In this document: positions 26,281 to 38,372 of the stretch, piece by piece
Layout of the letters: every line of letters begins with the position of its first letter
Position numbering within the stretch: the stretch's first letter is position 1
Source: Massalongia carnosa
Lineage: Eukaryota
DNA length: 64,000 nt
Assembly: GCA_965645245.1 (NCBI GenBank)
Contig: OZ287071.1
Coordinates: forward strand, 620,001 to 684,000
Reading direction: 5' to 3'
Notes under the pieces: model-generated
Databases searched by the model: none
What the model was told of the DNA's origin: nothing
Seen by the model: only the letters and a program-made list of their open reading frames with translations
Program-made: the position numbers and the translations under genes

Positions 26281-27414
26281 GAGTGATAAAAACACTTTGG
26301 AGATAAAACATAGTTGGCAAACCGCAATCGGGGGAGGGATCGGAAGCGCGCTATGCTGTTTTAGGATGGGAGTTGTACATATCTATCGGGATAGGTTTTT
26401 GGAAAGGGAGGAAAGAGGGGGGAGGACTGAGGGAATAAGGGAGGAAGGGTCTCTGGGAGGGGGAGGCTTTGCTTGGTTGGTTGGGGTTGGGGGGAGAAAG
26501 TCGATAAGAAAAGGATAGGAAAGAACGGTAAGTGGTGGGAGGGAAACCAGGGGGTGGAAAGAGAGATCTGTGCTGATAGGGAGGGTTTCGCTGCTCTCGG
26601 CTGCAATCAAACAAGCTAAAAAGATTTCCCTCGAGTTAAGGGAAGGCGTTCGCTTAGGTGTAAATAGACCCAGAAGGTTAGCAGTTTCTTTTGAGCATGG
26701 TCATCATCCAGTTATGGACAACGCAACCCCCCCCCCCGCACCTCCCCTTTTTTTGTTGACACATCAGATTCGAATGGACGAATGCCGGCTTCTAGAAAGC
26801 CTGAAACAGAAAAAACCCCCCCTCCCCGTCCCATGCTAAGCAGTTATCGACGTGATTAGCCCCCTCTCCACCCTCCAAAAGGGGAACTGCGCAAACACCT
26901 TTCTTCATGCGTACAATCCTCACTCGTGCGCAAAAACCCCCGACTGGCTAGACAAAAACAAGCGTCCACAACACCCCCCCCCCCTGGCCCGCCGATAAGC
27001 GCCCCGACGATGCAGAACTACGTTCATATTGATATATAAAAAGCGCAAGCAAAACACGTGCAGGGCAAAACCCGCCCAGCGAACCAATCCATTTTGTTCT
27101 AAAAAACCCACATTGCCGGAAACCCTGCGCCTAGGGGTCAGAGAATATTTCAATATCGTTTACACGCTGGGAAAACGCTAATAAACTGCCGCTCCCGGGG
27201 TATCGATTGTTACGAAAAGAAAGGATATACGAAGCGGAAAGGAAAAAACTTCGAGCCAAGGAAACACACGATGGCTTTTCGAGAGTGCGAGGCAAGAGCG
27301 AAGCGCAATCTATGTAGTGAACGAAGGAAAACGGAATGCATGTACATGTAGATATATAAAGACATTCATAGCCCCAAGGCCTTTCTGCTTTGATTAACCA
27401 CTTGGAAAGCTGGA

Positions 27415-28983
27415 CTAAGAGCCCGGCTTCCGCCCACTATCGTAAAGCGGTGGTGGTGTAGGATCAAAAAGCCCGGTTTTCAACGATAAGGGGCCTGGGA
27501 GCCGATTTCTGGGCCCTGGCCCAGAGTTTTCTGAGGCGTTGGAGTTGACTTGAGGATGTCGAGGAAGATGAGGTGGGAGGTTGTTCGTCGGTGGAGCCAG
27601 ACCTTGGGCCGGCACGTACGAGCTGGTTCGCCTCCGGGTGTTTCGCCCATTGCGATTCCCCTCCTCCGGAGCGGGCCATTGAGAATTAACGTACACTGCT
27701 GACCCGCCCAGCTGCGCCTGACGAAGCAGTCGCGGCGACGGAGGACGCGAAGCAACTTGGGCTTGGCCAGGGTTGTTTTTGGCCAAGCTGCGGAAGTAAT
27801 CCCGTTCCATGCGATAAAATTCCCGGTCCTCGGCCACTTCTCGTAACTGATGCTCGAGCTTGGCAATGTTCTGCGACGTTTCCCGCTCCTTCTCTTTCCG
27901 GCGTTGGCGGAAGCGGTGGGAGGCGGTGGCATTACGCTTACGTTTCTCGTCAGCGACTTTCGACGCAGCTTGCACGTCAACAGGTACCTGAATGGGACCT
28001 TGATCCGTGTCGAGCGTCATCTGATACGTATTCTGCCCCATGGAGCTTGCTACCGGACTGTAAGATTCCTTTGAATCAAACCCTGCCTGAATGATGGTTG
28101 TAGCTGAGTTGTATGATTGCGGGAAATATCCCGATGAGGATGGCTGGTTGGTCGACGCATTTGGCAGCGAAACAGGCGGAGTGCGGCTAACGTGGCTGTA
28201 CGAGGAGTATGAAGTTGTTGGGCTGTCGCTTTGCGACGTGTGCACTTGGGAGGGGGCGCCAACACTTGTACGGCGTTCGGCCGAGGGTGGTAGCGACATA
28301 GACCCGATGCTTCTTCGCCGATTTGGAGGCGAAAGTGCAAAGGGACCATTGCAGCCGTGAAGACCCCCTGCCAAAGGCGGGTCGAGAGAGACTTCGGGGA
28401 TACCTTGTATATCGGGTCCCAGGATGTTGGTGAGCTCTCTTGACGCCCCAAACGGGGCCTTCTTGGCGTCTATGGTCCCCCTGGGAAAGTGGAACGAGTT
28501 TGTGGTGCTGGAGTAAGCGGAAGGCGATCTCCGCCGCGATGCTTGATCAATAGGGTTCGGATAACTGTTCATCGGCGGTGGGGTGAGACTTGGTAAGGCT
28601 ATGCTGCCCGATGATGGGGTAAAAGAAGTAGGCAACGTTCGAGGAGTGGTTCCGAAAAGTGCTGATGGCATATCGAAGTGTTCTGCACTTCGCCGCCGGC
28701 TCTCGCTCTGGCTCTCGGTCGTGTCTCGCGCAGTAGGGTTCAACAGGTTCTGCACCCCAATAGGACGTGAAGGCCGTGTCTCTGATCCCACGGGGGTTTG
28801 CAATGCTGAGCTGGGAAGGGTCGGGAGTACCGCCGGGTTCTGCCCCATCGACTGAGCACTTCGGGAACTATAGCTGTCATTGATCGGCGGCAACGTTCTC
28901 GAATCTCGGGGGGCAGGCAGATTCTGCCTGTTGTTTTGGAAAGGGGTGGAGGGAGAGCGTGATGCGCCATGCCCCTGCGACAT
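27415..28983 (-). CDS. bZIP transcription factor (first in-frame ATG 28983; frame open to 29271)
   Basis: VDVQAASKVADEKRKRNATASHRFRQRRKEKE basic region followed by a zipper (IAKLEHQLREVAEDREFYRMERDYFR). Ser/Pro-rich N-terminal region. Confidence 0.9.
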   Translation of the reverse strand: MSQGHGASRSPSTPFQNNRQNLPAPRDSRTLPPINDSYSSRSAQSMGQNPAVLPTLPSSALQTPVGSETRPSRPIGVQNLLNPTARDTTESQSESRRRSAEHFDMPSALFGTTPRTLPTSFTPSSGSIALPSLTPPPMNSYPNPIDQASRRRSPSAYSSTTNSFHFPRGTIDAKKAPFGASRELTNILGPDIQGIPEVSLDPPLAGGLHGCNGPFALSPPNRRRSIGSMSLPPSAERRTSVGAPSQVHTSQSDSPTTSYSSYSHVSRTPPVSLPNASTNQPSSSGYFPQSYNSATTIIQAGFDSKESYSPVASSMGQNTYQMTLDTDQGPIQVPVDVQAASKVADEKRKRNATASHRFRQRRKEKERETSQNIAKLEHQLREVAEDREFYRMERDYFRSLAKNNPGQAQVASRPPSPRLLRQAQLGGSAVYVNSQWPAPEEGNRNGRNTRRRTSSYVPAQGLAPPTNNLPPHLPRHPQVNSNASENSGPGPRNRLPGPLSLKTGLFDPTPPPLYDSGRKPGS

Positions 28984-31900
28984 AGAGACCTCGTCTTGGA
29001 AGCGGTTGTCCCTTGGGGGACCCTGGCATTGAAAAGGCACCAGTTCTCCGAGCTGATGATGGGCGTCCTGTCGATGCCACTGCGTAAGGGATTGATTTAC
29101 CGTTGCGTGAAAGCTGGCAAGACGCTCTTCGAGTATTGGTATGGAGGAGTGCCCTAAGAAAGTGGGAGGATAGATTGGGGTGGCCTGAGATACAGCAGCC
29201 AGGACGGCGGTTACGTGGGGACGAATGGCGTCCCAGGATGGAAGGGCGAACAATGTTTGATCACCTGTCACGGAACACGTATAAAAATCTGACAGCTATA
29301 GCGAGTAAGGTTTGACGTGATAAGCCGATCACAACCGAGATGCCGCACGATGCAAGAAACGTCTTGGAGGCGTCGGTGTCAATCACGATTGGATAGAGGG
29401 TGTGTCAACACCAAGAAGGAGGATCAAAACCAAATGGCAATAATGATGCCGTACATTCCAGTCGAGAGCAGGAGCAGATGTCAAGGTATTTAGGTTGCAT
29501 GGCCAAGCAGACCCAAGCCAGAGGAAGCGGTGAATAGCATGACGAGGGACGCTTGACCTCTTTCTGTCATTCAGGGACATGAAACTAACCAGACCAACAT
29601 AGTGGGCATTGAAGGCCAAAACTTTTCATGGCCAGATCAGAGTACGTACCGACCACCAAGCTCTAGGCTGGGGCCAGCTTTATTTTCTGGGGACGCGACG
29701 CCGCGGCCTCGGGGGCCACGGGAAAGCGCATCCTGGCGCATGGGGCTGCCATGGCCAAAAAGCCCTTGGGCCAACAACTCCCCCCCATCTCTTCCCAGGT
29801 CGAAGGCCTAAGAAATAAAAAAGGGACGGAGGTGCTCCTGCTCCCGTGATCAACCGCAGTTTTGATGTCGATAACAAACATCGAACAGAATACTAATACC
29901 CATATCACACACTCTCGGCTCTTGAAGTTGTCCAAGCAGCATCTCCCTCAAGGCCCCGCGACAGTAATTAATGGTAGCCACGTTACGGAGTAGACGCTTA
30001 ACGATAACTAAATAATCCCGCCGTGGCTCCGTCACCTCGTTGAGGTAAAGGGACTCTGTACAATTACAGAGTACAGCGATATCAAATGTTGCATCGGGAC
30101 CCATCACCAGAGCATTGGGATACGCTACCAAATGTCATACCTCGCATGACGCAAGTTGGATTTTTCTATCCTGGGCTGTTTTCTTTTGGGACAATGCCAT
30201 TCTCATCAGATCAGGGGTAAAATGGAGATGACACAATCTATCACTGCCGATCCCTTCGCTGGCTCAGCCATTGGCTCATGATGACATAAAGTATGAAGTG
30301 AGGCTGCAAACTTTTCACATCCCCCTATCTGGCACTTCTGTCTGCGCCCAGACGGAGTCTAGCAGCCTAGGCCAAGGAACTGGAGGACTGGCTTGAACCT
30401 TTCTCGAAGCCGCTCGCTCGGATGCTTTCTTCCTTAGGCTAAGGCTGCTCCCATGCCACGTTGTTCGGTAGCATGTCTCGTGTCGATCTCGCAGAATAAG
30501 CAACCCGACTGGCATGGGTATCAAACTTTCTTGCGACGGGAGGAGTCGTCGCTCCGAAACGGGTGACGAAACACCGCATACGGCGAATACTCAAATTGGA
30601 TTAGGTATACAGTGCAGAGTATTGCAATTCCGTTTGCCCGTTCAAATTATGCTATTTTAAAATAAAAAAGAGGCCATTTCGCTAGTGCTCTATGACTGGA
30701 ACGATGAAGCGAAGCACTCCGCACGGGGGGGGGGTTTTGGGGGGGAGGGGGAAAGGAAAGTAGGGAGAAAAGATTATGACGCCAAACTTTACTGCTGCGG
30801 GAAATTTCGTAATTGGATGAACGCCTTCTGGTGGTAGTAATGATGGTGGTAGGCGGTTGATGGTAGGTGATGGTTGTGTTGCTGCCGATCCGAAATCGGT
30901 TGGAGCAAGTAACCTCCTGAGGCTTACACGATATTCGCACTGCATGCGGTAATGTACAGTATGCAAAACATCAGGTACCCATACAGCAGAGAGTGCAGAG
31001 CTGCTGAGCACCCTCTCCGTTGTACCTCCTCGGTGCATAAATGGATCAACAATGAGGCTGGCCATGCAAGGATACCTTACTCCATCGGGTAAAGTTAATT
31101 TCAGAGTACCTTACCATTGACCTAACCCTAATTCCTCTAATGCCTTTACTATTTCTTGGATTAGGGCTGTGGATTTTCGACGGACTAGGATCCTCTTTTT
31201 GAAAAAATTAAATAAACATCGGAACGGAAGCCTAGATTATCCTGTTAGTGCAAGCCGGCAGTGTGCACGTGATTCAGGCTCTAACCTACCCGGTTTTATC
31301 ATACAACTCTTCATACTCTGTACTTTAGATTACAGAGCGGTAAAGAACAAGGAGTACGGAGTATGGAGTATCGAAGTAGAGAGTACCGAGTACAGGGTAC
31401 ATGTGCACAGCACCATTAATCGATTCCTTGGAAATATACCACTGTCGTATTCACTGTGATATGATAAGATATCTACGCGTTACTCCACTACTAGTACAGG
31501 GAAGAGGATGCACAAAGAAAGATAACCAACCAAACATTGGGTTCCGAGGTAGAATACCAAGTGCGAGTACCCTGTAAACTACATACCAAAGGGGTGGGAA
31601 TAGTGGGGAAGTCGGGGATCGTGCCAAACCAGATTAATCGTTCCACGAGATCTGAAGCCTTCCGTTCTCCTTTCTTATTGGGTCGTGGAATCACTTGGAA
31701 TCGCATTCGATCGGTGAGGTTCGTTTGGGGTTTGTGTAACCAAAATCTGCAAATTTCATGGTTTAATGGTGGTTTATTTGGTCGTACTATAACTAGTCCC
31801 CTCTATCCCCTCGTTCCTCGAGACAGATTTCCCCCCTCTTCAGAGAGCCCACGCCGACATAGAACAAATCAACGGTTTCGGCAGGAATTTGGGCTGCCCA

Positions 31901-32260
31901 ACTTCGGATTATGGGGGTCATGGGCCAGCTCTACGGTTCCGTTTGGCTTGACTCACCAAGCCAGTGATAGATCGATGCACAGCGACTGGACGTTTTGCCT
32001 TCCATCGACCGTTTCTGTTTCATCTCCTATCATTCTTCCCTCGAGTTAGACGGCTTGACAAATCCAGCTGTCGGTGGTCGGTGTTTTGACTGGCTCATTA
32101 ACACCGATTGGACGGAATCGCATTCGATGGGCGTATTCCATCACATGGAGTCACATCGAGCTTTGATCAAAGGAAACCAATAGATCTGATGCTCATCAAT
32201 GCAATGATCACAACTCGCAGCAAATGCTAGGCAAGGCATCGTTTAACCCCTGGTGATTAT

Positions 32261-32319
32261 CAATGCGAGTTTCAATGCGAGTTTCAATGCGAGTTTCAAT
32301 GTGAGTTTCAATGCGAGTT
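32261..32319. repeat. 12-bp minisatellite (CAATGCGAGTTT) x ~5
   Basis: Five near-perfect copies. Confidence 0.95.
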
Positions 32320-35300
32320 CCTAAGATAGACATGTTATTGTGATGTATTTACTGGTATCGTAGATTAGGATGGGATAAAATGGGATATGCTACGTAGTTA
32401 TTTCTTGGCAAGTTTCTCCAATAACTACCTTTGAGTGGCCTAACCTTACTTGTGTCGTAAAACTACGGTGGGCAGAAAGACTTTGGAAACCACATCTTTT
32501 CCTTCTCATCGTCCCATCGACTCATCGAGCCTTCTAGAGCTGATCGACCTATTTGCCCTTCCCTCCCTCATTCCGCATGGTTGACACATATGGTGTCACA
32601 TAAATTCAATTGTCGAGTCATGTCACTAACATTAGGCAAGGTATCCTAGCAGCGCCATTGATCGTCAGGAACTAGCTGTTAGCCTGGTGAGAAATGCATG
32701 CATCGCACATCGCCTCCAGCTCGCCTCATTTCGCCGCCATCCAAGGAGGCTTGATCGACGCTTCATCAGGCTGCCAAGACCGCCCGTCCCCCAAGCTCGC
32801 ATCGACCTCGTGGCAACGAGGAACCTTGATGATTTTGACAGCGCAGAGGCACAAGAGCGGTCAGAGCTTTGCCCACCATTGGATCCTCGGGTCATGGGAA
32901 ACGAGCATGGAGGACAGATAGCAATGCAGCAGTGCCAGGTTACGAAGACGGGAGAGTTCATCAGGGCTCTACTTTTGTACGGAAAGCGTGGTCAGAAATC
33001 ACCCCAAGGTCATTGCGGAGTCACCGGCAAGGTGGAGCGAAACGATCTTGAGATTGTAAGGTACTAGCGCATGATCGAGGCCTTATTTAACGTTTGTCCA
33101 GGAAAACGACTTCGAGGCTGTCGTTTTGGTTGCTCGTACATAACTAGTGGCGCCTGCCAGAGCGAAAGGGGTCACGCATAATAACAACACAGCTCGCCCC
33201 GTCGGCCTTCCCAGCTTGCAGTCTACGGAAGTAATCATGAGGTATTCTTGCTCTCACCAACCTGCTACTCTCATATAAAATGACTAGGTAGAAGCTGATC
33301 CTTTTGTCGCTTCTTGCCCGACGCACGACATTTAATGATGAATCATTTACTTTTTCCTCGCTAGTGGCTACCATTCACAATGGACCACGCAAAAAGAGTG
33401 TTTTTTCTCTGATAACTGACCAGGTTTATACGCAATCCTCGTGGCATGAGGCGTATACCAGGCGCTTTAGGTTCGAGATTCTAAACGATCCGTAGGATCT
33501 ACCGAGTTTTTACTAGATGAGACCCGGCTAAGCTCATCGTCAGAGCGTAAAGAATAAAATTTCCTCCTGACTACGGCTCACTGGCGTTGAGTGGCGTAAA
33601 TAACATAGTGCTCCCATATGCTCTGGAACGTATCAACGCTGACCAAGCTCTCTCTTCAGTGTATCATCAGTCCATTTCACACAAAAGTACCTATTCCACA
33701 CTAACAAGTTCGGAAAGCCCTAACGTGGCGCAACAAACCCCTTCATTATTAGGATAATATAAATTTTCTCGACGATCCATGTGGTAAAGAAGCATTAGAG
33801 TCAAAATATAGATTCTCGTACTATATAAAATTAATAACCACATCAGCAATGCTGTATCGGACAAATGCTTCTTTGTTGATCAACCATTTCATCTCAGGGA
33901 CATTCCCCAGTCTGAATATTCCGCAAGCCAATATCCTTAAATATTTTCTCCCAAACTGGGGCCCGAATGTCATGGATCTGCGTTACTATCCGTTCAACCC
34001 TTCGTCTTATGCAACGTTGTGATCCTGCTCGCTAGGATCATGCATTCGTGGCATCCGTCTCTCAGTGTCTCATATGTTCTTGATTGCTTACGGATTTATG
34101 CGATGGAAACCGTCAGATGCCAGTGTGCACTCGAAAAAAATTACCGCCGTGCCTGGTCGAGCCTAATTGGTTGTTAGGTTCGCTGTCTTCACCAAAGAGG
34201 ACAAGGAGCTCAGCGTCCATGACCGTGGGGAAGAGCATTAACTCGCATATCGAACTAGTCAGCACCAAACAACTAACCCATCGTTACTTCCGGTGCGATG
34301 TGGATGACTTTTGACCAGTAACAACATCGACTCAGAGACGACATGCAATATTGATAGTAGGGCCATCCCGGGCGGTCCTTTTTAAGACCAAATGGCAGAG
34401 CTTAAGTCAATCCAAGATCTCACAGGTGATAAAATAATTTATAAGATCTGAATATGTGCTTCATCCATGTATCGGTTAAGTACCCAGTTTCGTCGTTAAA
34501 GCTTTGATAAAACTCCGGTCCGGAATTTAGCCAACGAGTTTTGACGTTAACCGCGCCAGCCCACCACCTTTCGTTGCCATCAACCGCTCCATCGTTCAAT
34601 GGCCTCCTATGCTATTAGACAGTCCTCTCTGCTAATATCCACTAGAGGATGTGCACATCGGCGTGATCATTCTATGATCGGATTGCATCGAAACATCTTC
34701 TTTAGCGTTTCCACCGTTGCATCTGAGTCGCTGCTACTGATATTACTTATCAATCGCAGTTGTTAAGATCGATGACGTACATTAAGAAATCTTGACGCAG
34801 TGTCCCTTACCTACATATGGATCAACGTCCGTCTATTAATCGATTTGGTGAGGAAACCCTGCAGGAACCCTTTTATTCAGTGGAGTCGGGAGCTAATGCG
34901 AGCATTACTATGCGAGCATGGTACAGATTATGGGAAAGCCTTACGTCTATGCTCATTTGGTAGTGCGCTAGCGTGGTTGATTCCTTCGCTGCAGCTCTTA
35001 CCGTCTAGTTGAACGCAGAACGTACTAAGGGTTTACATCCACCTTTGGCCTACTATAAGTCGAACCGGCGAATAAATAAATCGAGGATAGGGGAGAGAAT
35101 ATAGGTAATACGCACCCTTAAAGCTCTGCCTACCGGTTTTCGCACTTTTTTCCATCATACCATGCCAGCTGAGGGTGGCATTACGTTATTCCGTCAAGGC
35201 TTACATCGAAAGTCGCAGCAGCTCTTTATGGCAATCCGGGCTTATCTAAATGGTTAGATCAGTTTCGTTCATAGGTGAGTCCTCCACCTCGAGAAAAAGT

Positions 35301-36003
35301 TTCAATCTTTTTTTTCCCCAGCAACTAATAAATATACAGGCAGTGAATCTTGTCTTCACTTACTACCCATAGATACAACCCAACTAGCCTAGCAGCCTAG
35401 CAGCCTTTTAGTAGTCTTGCAGAAGCAAGTCACCCTTACTCACGTTAAAGAGCGAGGCTTCGGGGAAAATAGCTCCTCTTTCCTGCCTGCTTTTTCACCT
35501 TAATGGTCTTGGTTGGTTTTTTCAAAGCCACGGCTCATTGTCTCGTCAATGAGATGGAAACCGTTATCAACAGCACATCGCATACTAGAATTGGGGTTTC
35601 CAAGTGGCCTCTGTACGCCACAATAAGCGATGGAAGCCCTTTTTCATTCCCTTTATTTTACTCGTTTTCTTTCTTCAACTCTCTCTACCCCCTAACTCCC
35701 CCTAAATCCATCAAAACTTTCCTTCCCCTATTCTTTAAACATTACTCCAAGTAAATCTAAAGGGCCCTAAAACCATATTGTATTTAGATATATTCTGGCT
35801 AACTTCTGACTTATTCACCTCTTCGCCTAAACTCACCCATTTCTCAAGTTGGCCCAATCCTTTCCCCTTTTTAAAGCCAATGGCAAATGCACTAGCAAAG
35901 ATCTCGCCCCACGAAGGCCCCCTCCCCCGGTAGTGCTTCATTTTCATCAGTATCCTCAACAATCCATATTCATTTACTCACCATCCCTATCCCTATCCTC
36001 TTC

Positions 36004-36535
36004 GCCTTCCGCGCCCCCGTGGTACGAGGCCAGTCCAGAATATCACAAGGAGCTGAGTGAAGCGCGAACGGCCCAACGGGCACATCATACGCGGCTCATG
36101 GAGCATCATATGAAAATATGGAAGTCAACATGGGTGACTTATCAAAATCGCATTCGACTCCCCACCGAAGCTCAACAAGCTTCGCTTGACAAAAAGAGAT
36201 TAAAAATTCACATCAATTTGGCAAAAGCGGAGAGTTCACTAGCAACGCAAATTCGCACGGAGAAAATCGGGCTAGCCAACTTTCTTTTCAACCGAAGGGT
36301 ACCCAATGTAAACTCACCGGCGTGCATATGTGGATGGCCAAGGCAGACGGCCAAACACGTCATCATGCACTGTCAGCTGATAGACGGAAGAAATGGATTA
36401 TTTAATCAAGTGAAAACTAACAATTATCGCACGATAATTGAAAATTCCGCAAAATTGAAAAAGCTGACAGAATGGCTAATGCGGGCAGATATACTAAAAC
36501 AGTTTTCATTTGCAGCGACCATGCTGTACGGATAA
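36004..36535 (+). pseudogene. C-terminal fragment of LINE ORF2 (post-RT CCHC region)
   Basis: LAKAESSLATQIRTEKIGLANFLFNRRVPNVNSPACICGWPRQTAKHVIMHC is typical of fungal Tad1-clade pol C-termini. Confidence 0.85.
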
Positions 36536-36565
36536 TTCCCGTCGACACAGCATTTGAAATGTTTG

Positions 36566-38372
36566 GGTTCTGCGGGGGCTCGTTAAGGCAGATCTGCACC
36601 CCGTTAATATCGGAGTACATATTTTTAGAGGTTCAAGTCCTTTCTAGCAGTCATCAGCTGAAAATAATGCATTTTGACACGGGTATGGTGTGGATTTGAC
36701 ACGGGTAGACCTCGATGGATCACAAAACGAATGAAAAGAGTTCAGTGGAACTTCGTTAATATTGTTCTCGAAGACCTCGTTAATAAGATTTTCATAGACC
36801 TCGTTAACAACGTTCGGTCATACTCTTAAAGGTTCAAGTCCTTTCATGCAGTCATCGGCTGAGAGCTAGAGACGTACGACACGGGTCAGCTATGTCTATC
36901 ACACGGTCTCCTTCGTCTACAACACGGAGCCCTCCGGCTAAAAGAAATAAAACATGTAGACACATAGTGTAGGGTCACACCCTACACGATACAAGGGATT
37001 TGGGTTATGAAAACCATCCGATTGATGGCTACCGTGAGCAACACGGCCCGAACCGGAGTCGTACTGGGGATAGTGGAGGCAACCTAGTCATTAAATAGGA
37101 CACCCTTGGGACAAGAAGAGGGCAATATACGAGGAACCCGTTAATTGATAACAGTCTAGGCCCTGAGCTAATAGACGAATTTCAAAACGAGCACCCCTCC
37201 GAGTTGTCCTCGACTCTTTTTGGTTAGTAGGGACGGAAAATCGATACTATACTGCCTGGTCAGGAGCATAGTGGTCGAAATCCCCGCGAGACATGGTCGG
37301 TTCATAAACGGGAGACCTTTATGAATAACGCGAAGTGGGCGTAAAAAACCCGTGAGGCGTGGTATGCAATGGCGGCTACCGTACGGAGACCGTCTGCATA
37401 GCCCGAGAGGACAGTATGCGCATGTCGGTGTATATAGAGCAGGGAATGTCTATCTCGCTCGTAACGAGACCCCGTCGGTTCGCCGGCGCATGGGCTACGG
37501 CTAGACTCGCCCTTGATATATGCTTAAGGAGTAAACTGGGTTTGACCTGGGCGAAAGGGACGTCGTTCACCCCAATCGTAGAACTCATCAATAGTCTTGG
37601 GCCGTAAAACGCACCAGTGAGATGAACGAAAACTGGAATAGAGACTTCACGAAGGAGATGTCAGCTCTATTTTATCATTCTTAGCCTCTATGTGGTGCAG
37701 GCTATCAACACCTCCTCGGAGGTGGCCAATATCTGATCATCGCCAACGCTGAAGCCCACCTCGGTGGCCGTTTGAATGATCAACGTCTCTACTGATCATT
37801 CATCACTTCGAAGGCATACAAAGCCCATTCATTCGGAATGGCCACACCCCTCAGGCGGAAGCCTTTCACCTCATCGAAAAAGTCCATTCAGTCGGAATGG
37901 CCACACCCCCCAGGCGGAAGCCTTTCACCTCATCGAAAAAGTTCATTCAGTCGGAATGGCCACACCCCCCAGGCGGAAAGCCTCTCACCTCATCGAAAAA
38001 GCCCATTCATTCGGAATGGCCAAATTTTCACATCTTCATTTATACGACACCACGATCTGCCCTCGATCATGGCCAGTCTATCATCTATTGAGTCAAAACG
38101 GTTAAAGAGAGAGAATGTTCGTCGAACGTGTGGAGATACACTGTCTAGTTCATCGGGTCTATAGGATTCCTAGCGCTTGAAGATCTGAGTGTATGCACCG
38201 CGTGGTAGAAGAACGATCTCGTTGCGTTCAATATGGAATAAAAGGGAGTGGTTTTACCCTGGGGGCCAGGTTTCCACTTCCTGACTGTTGTTTATGTACT
38301 TAAAAAGCAGTCACAGCGTCATATCCTAAGGATGCATACGCTTAATGAATAAATAAAAAAATTAAAAATAGA
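36566..38372 (+). mobile_element. Non-coding SINE-like retroposed element (1.8 kb) nested in the LINE 3' UTR
   Basis: 9-bp direct repeat AAATGTTTG (36557-36565, 38373-38381). tRNA-like head with B-box GGTTCAAGTCC at 36630 and again at 36831. 3' hairpins 38282-38342 and an A-rich tail 38348-38372. No credible ORF. Confidence 0.6.
37820..38021. repeat. ~59-bp tandem repeat, 3.4 copies
   Basis: Unit AAGYYCATTCAKTCGGAATGGCCACACCCCYCAGGCGGAAGCCTTTCACCTCATCGAAA. Confidence 0.95.

Noticed and set aside
31121..31167. Telomerase RNA template (CCTAACCCTAA)
   Set aside because: A single short match that could pair with nearby GGATTAGGG, with no pseudoknot or CR4/5 recognised.
36566..36655. Functional tRNA-Ile(AAT) gene
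   Set aside because: No proper D-arm/A-box, mismatches in the acceptor and anticodon stems, and an internal T5 run. Treated as a tRNA-like element head only.
37820..38021. CRISPR-like array
   Set aside because: Units are contiguous near-identical repeats with no unique spacers, in a eukaryotic context with no cas genes.
37659..38131. Solo LTR inside the SINE-like element flanked by GGAGA
   Set aside because: Starts TGTCA but ends TGT rather than CA, and a 5-bp match could be chance.
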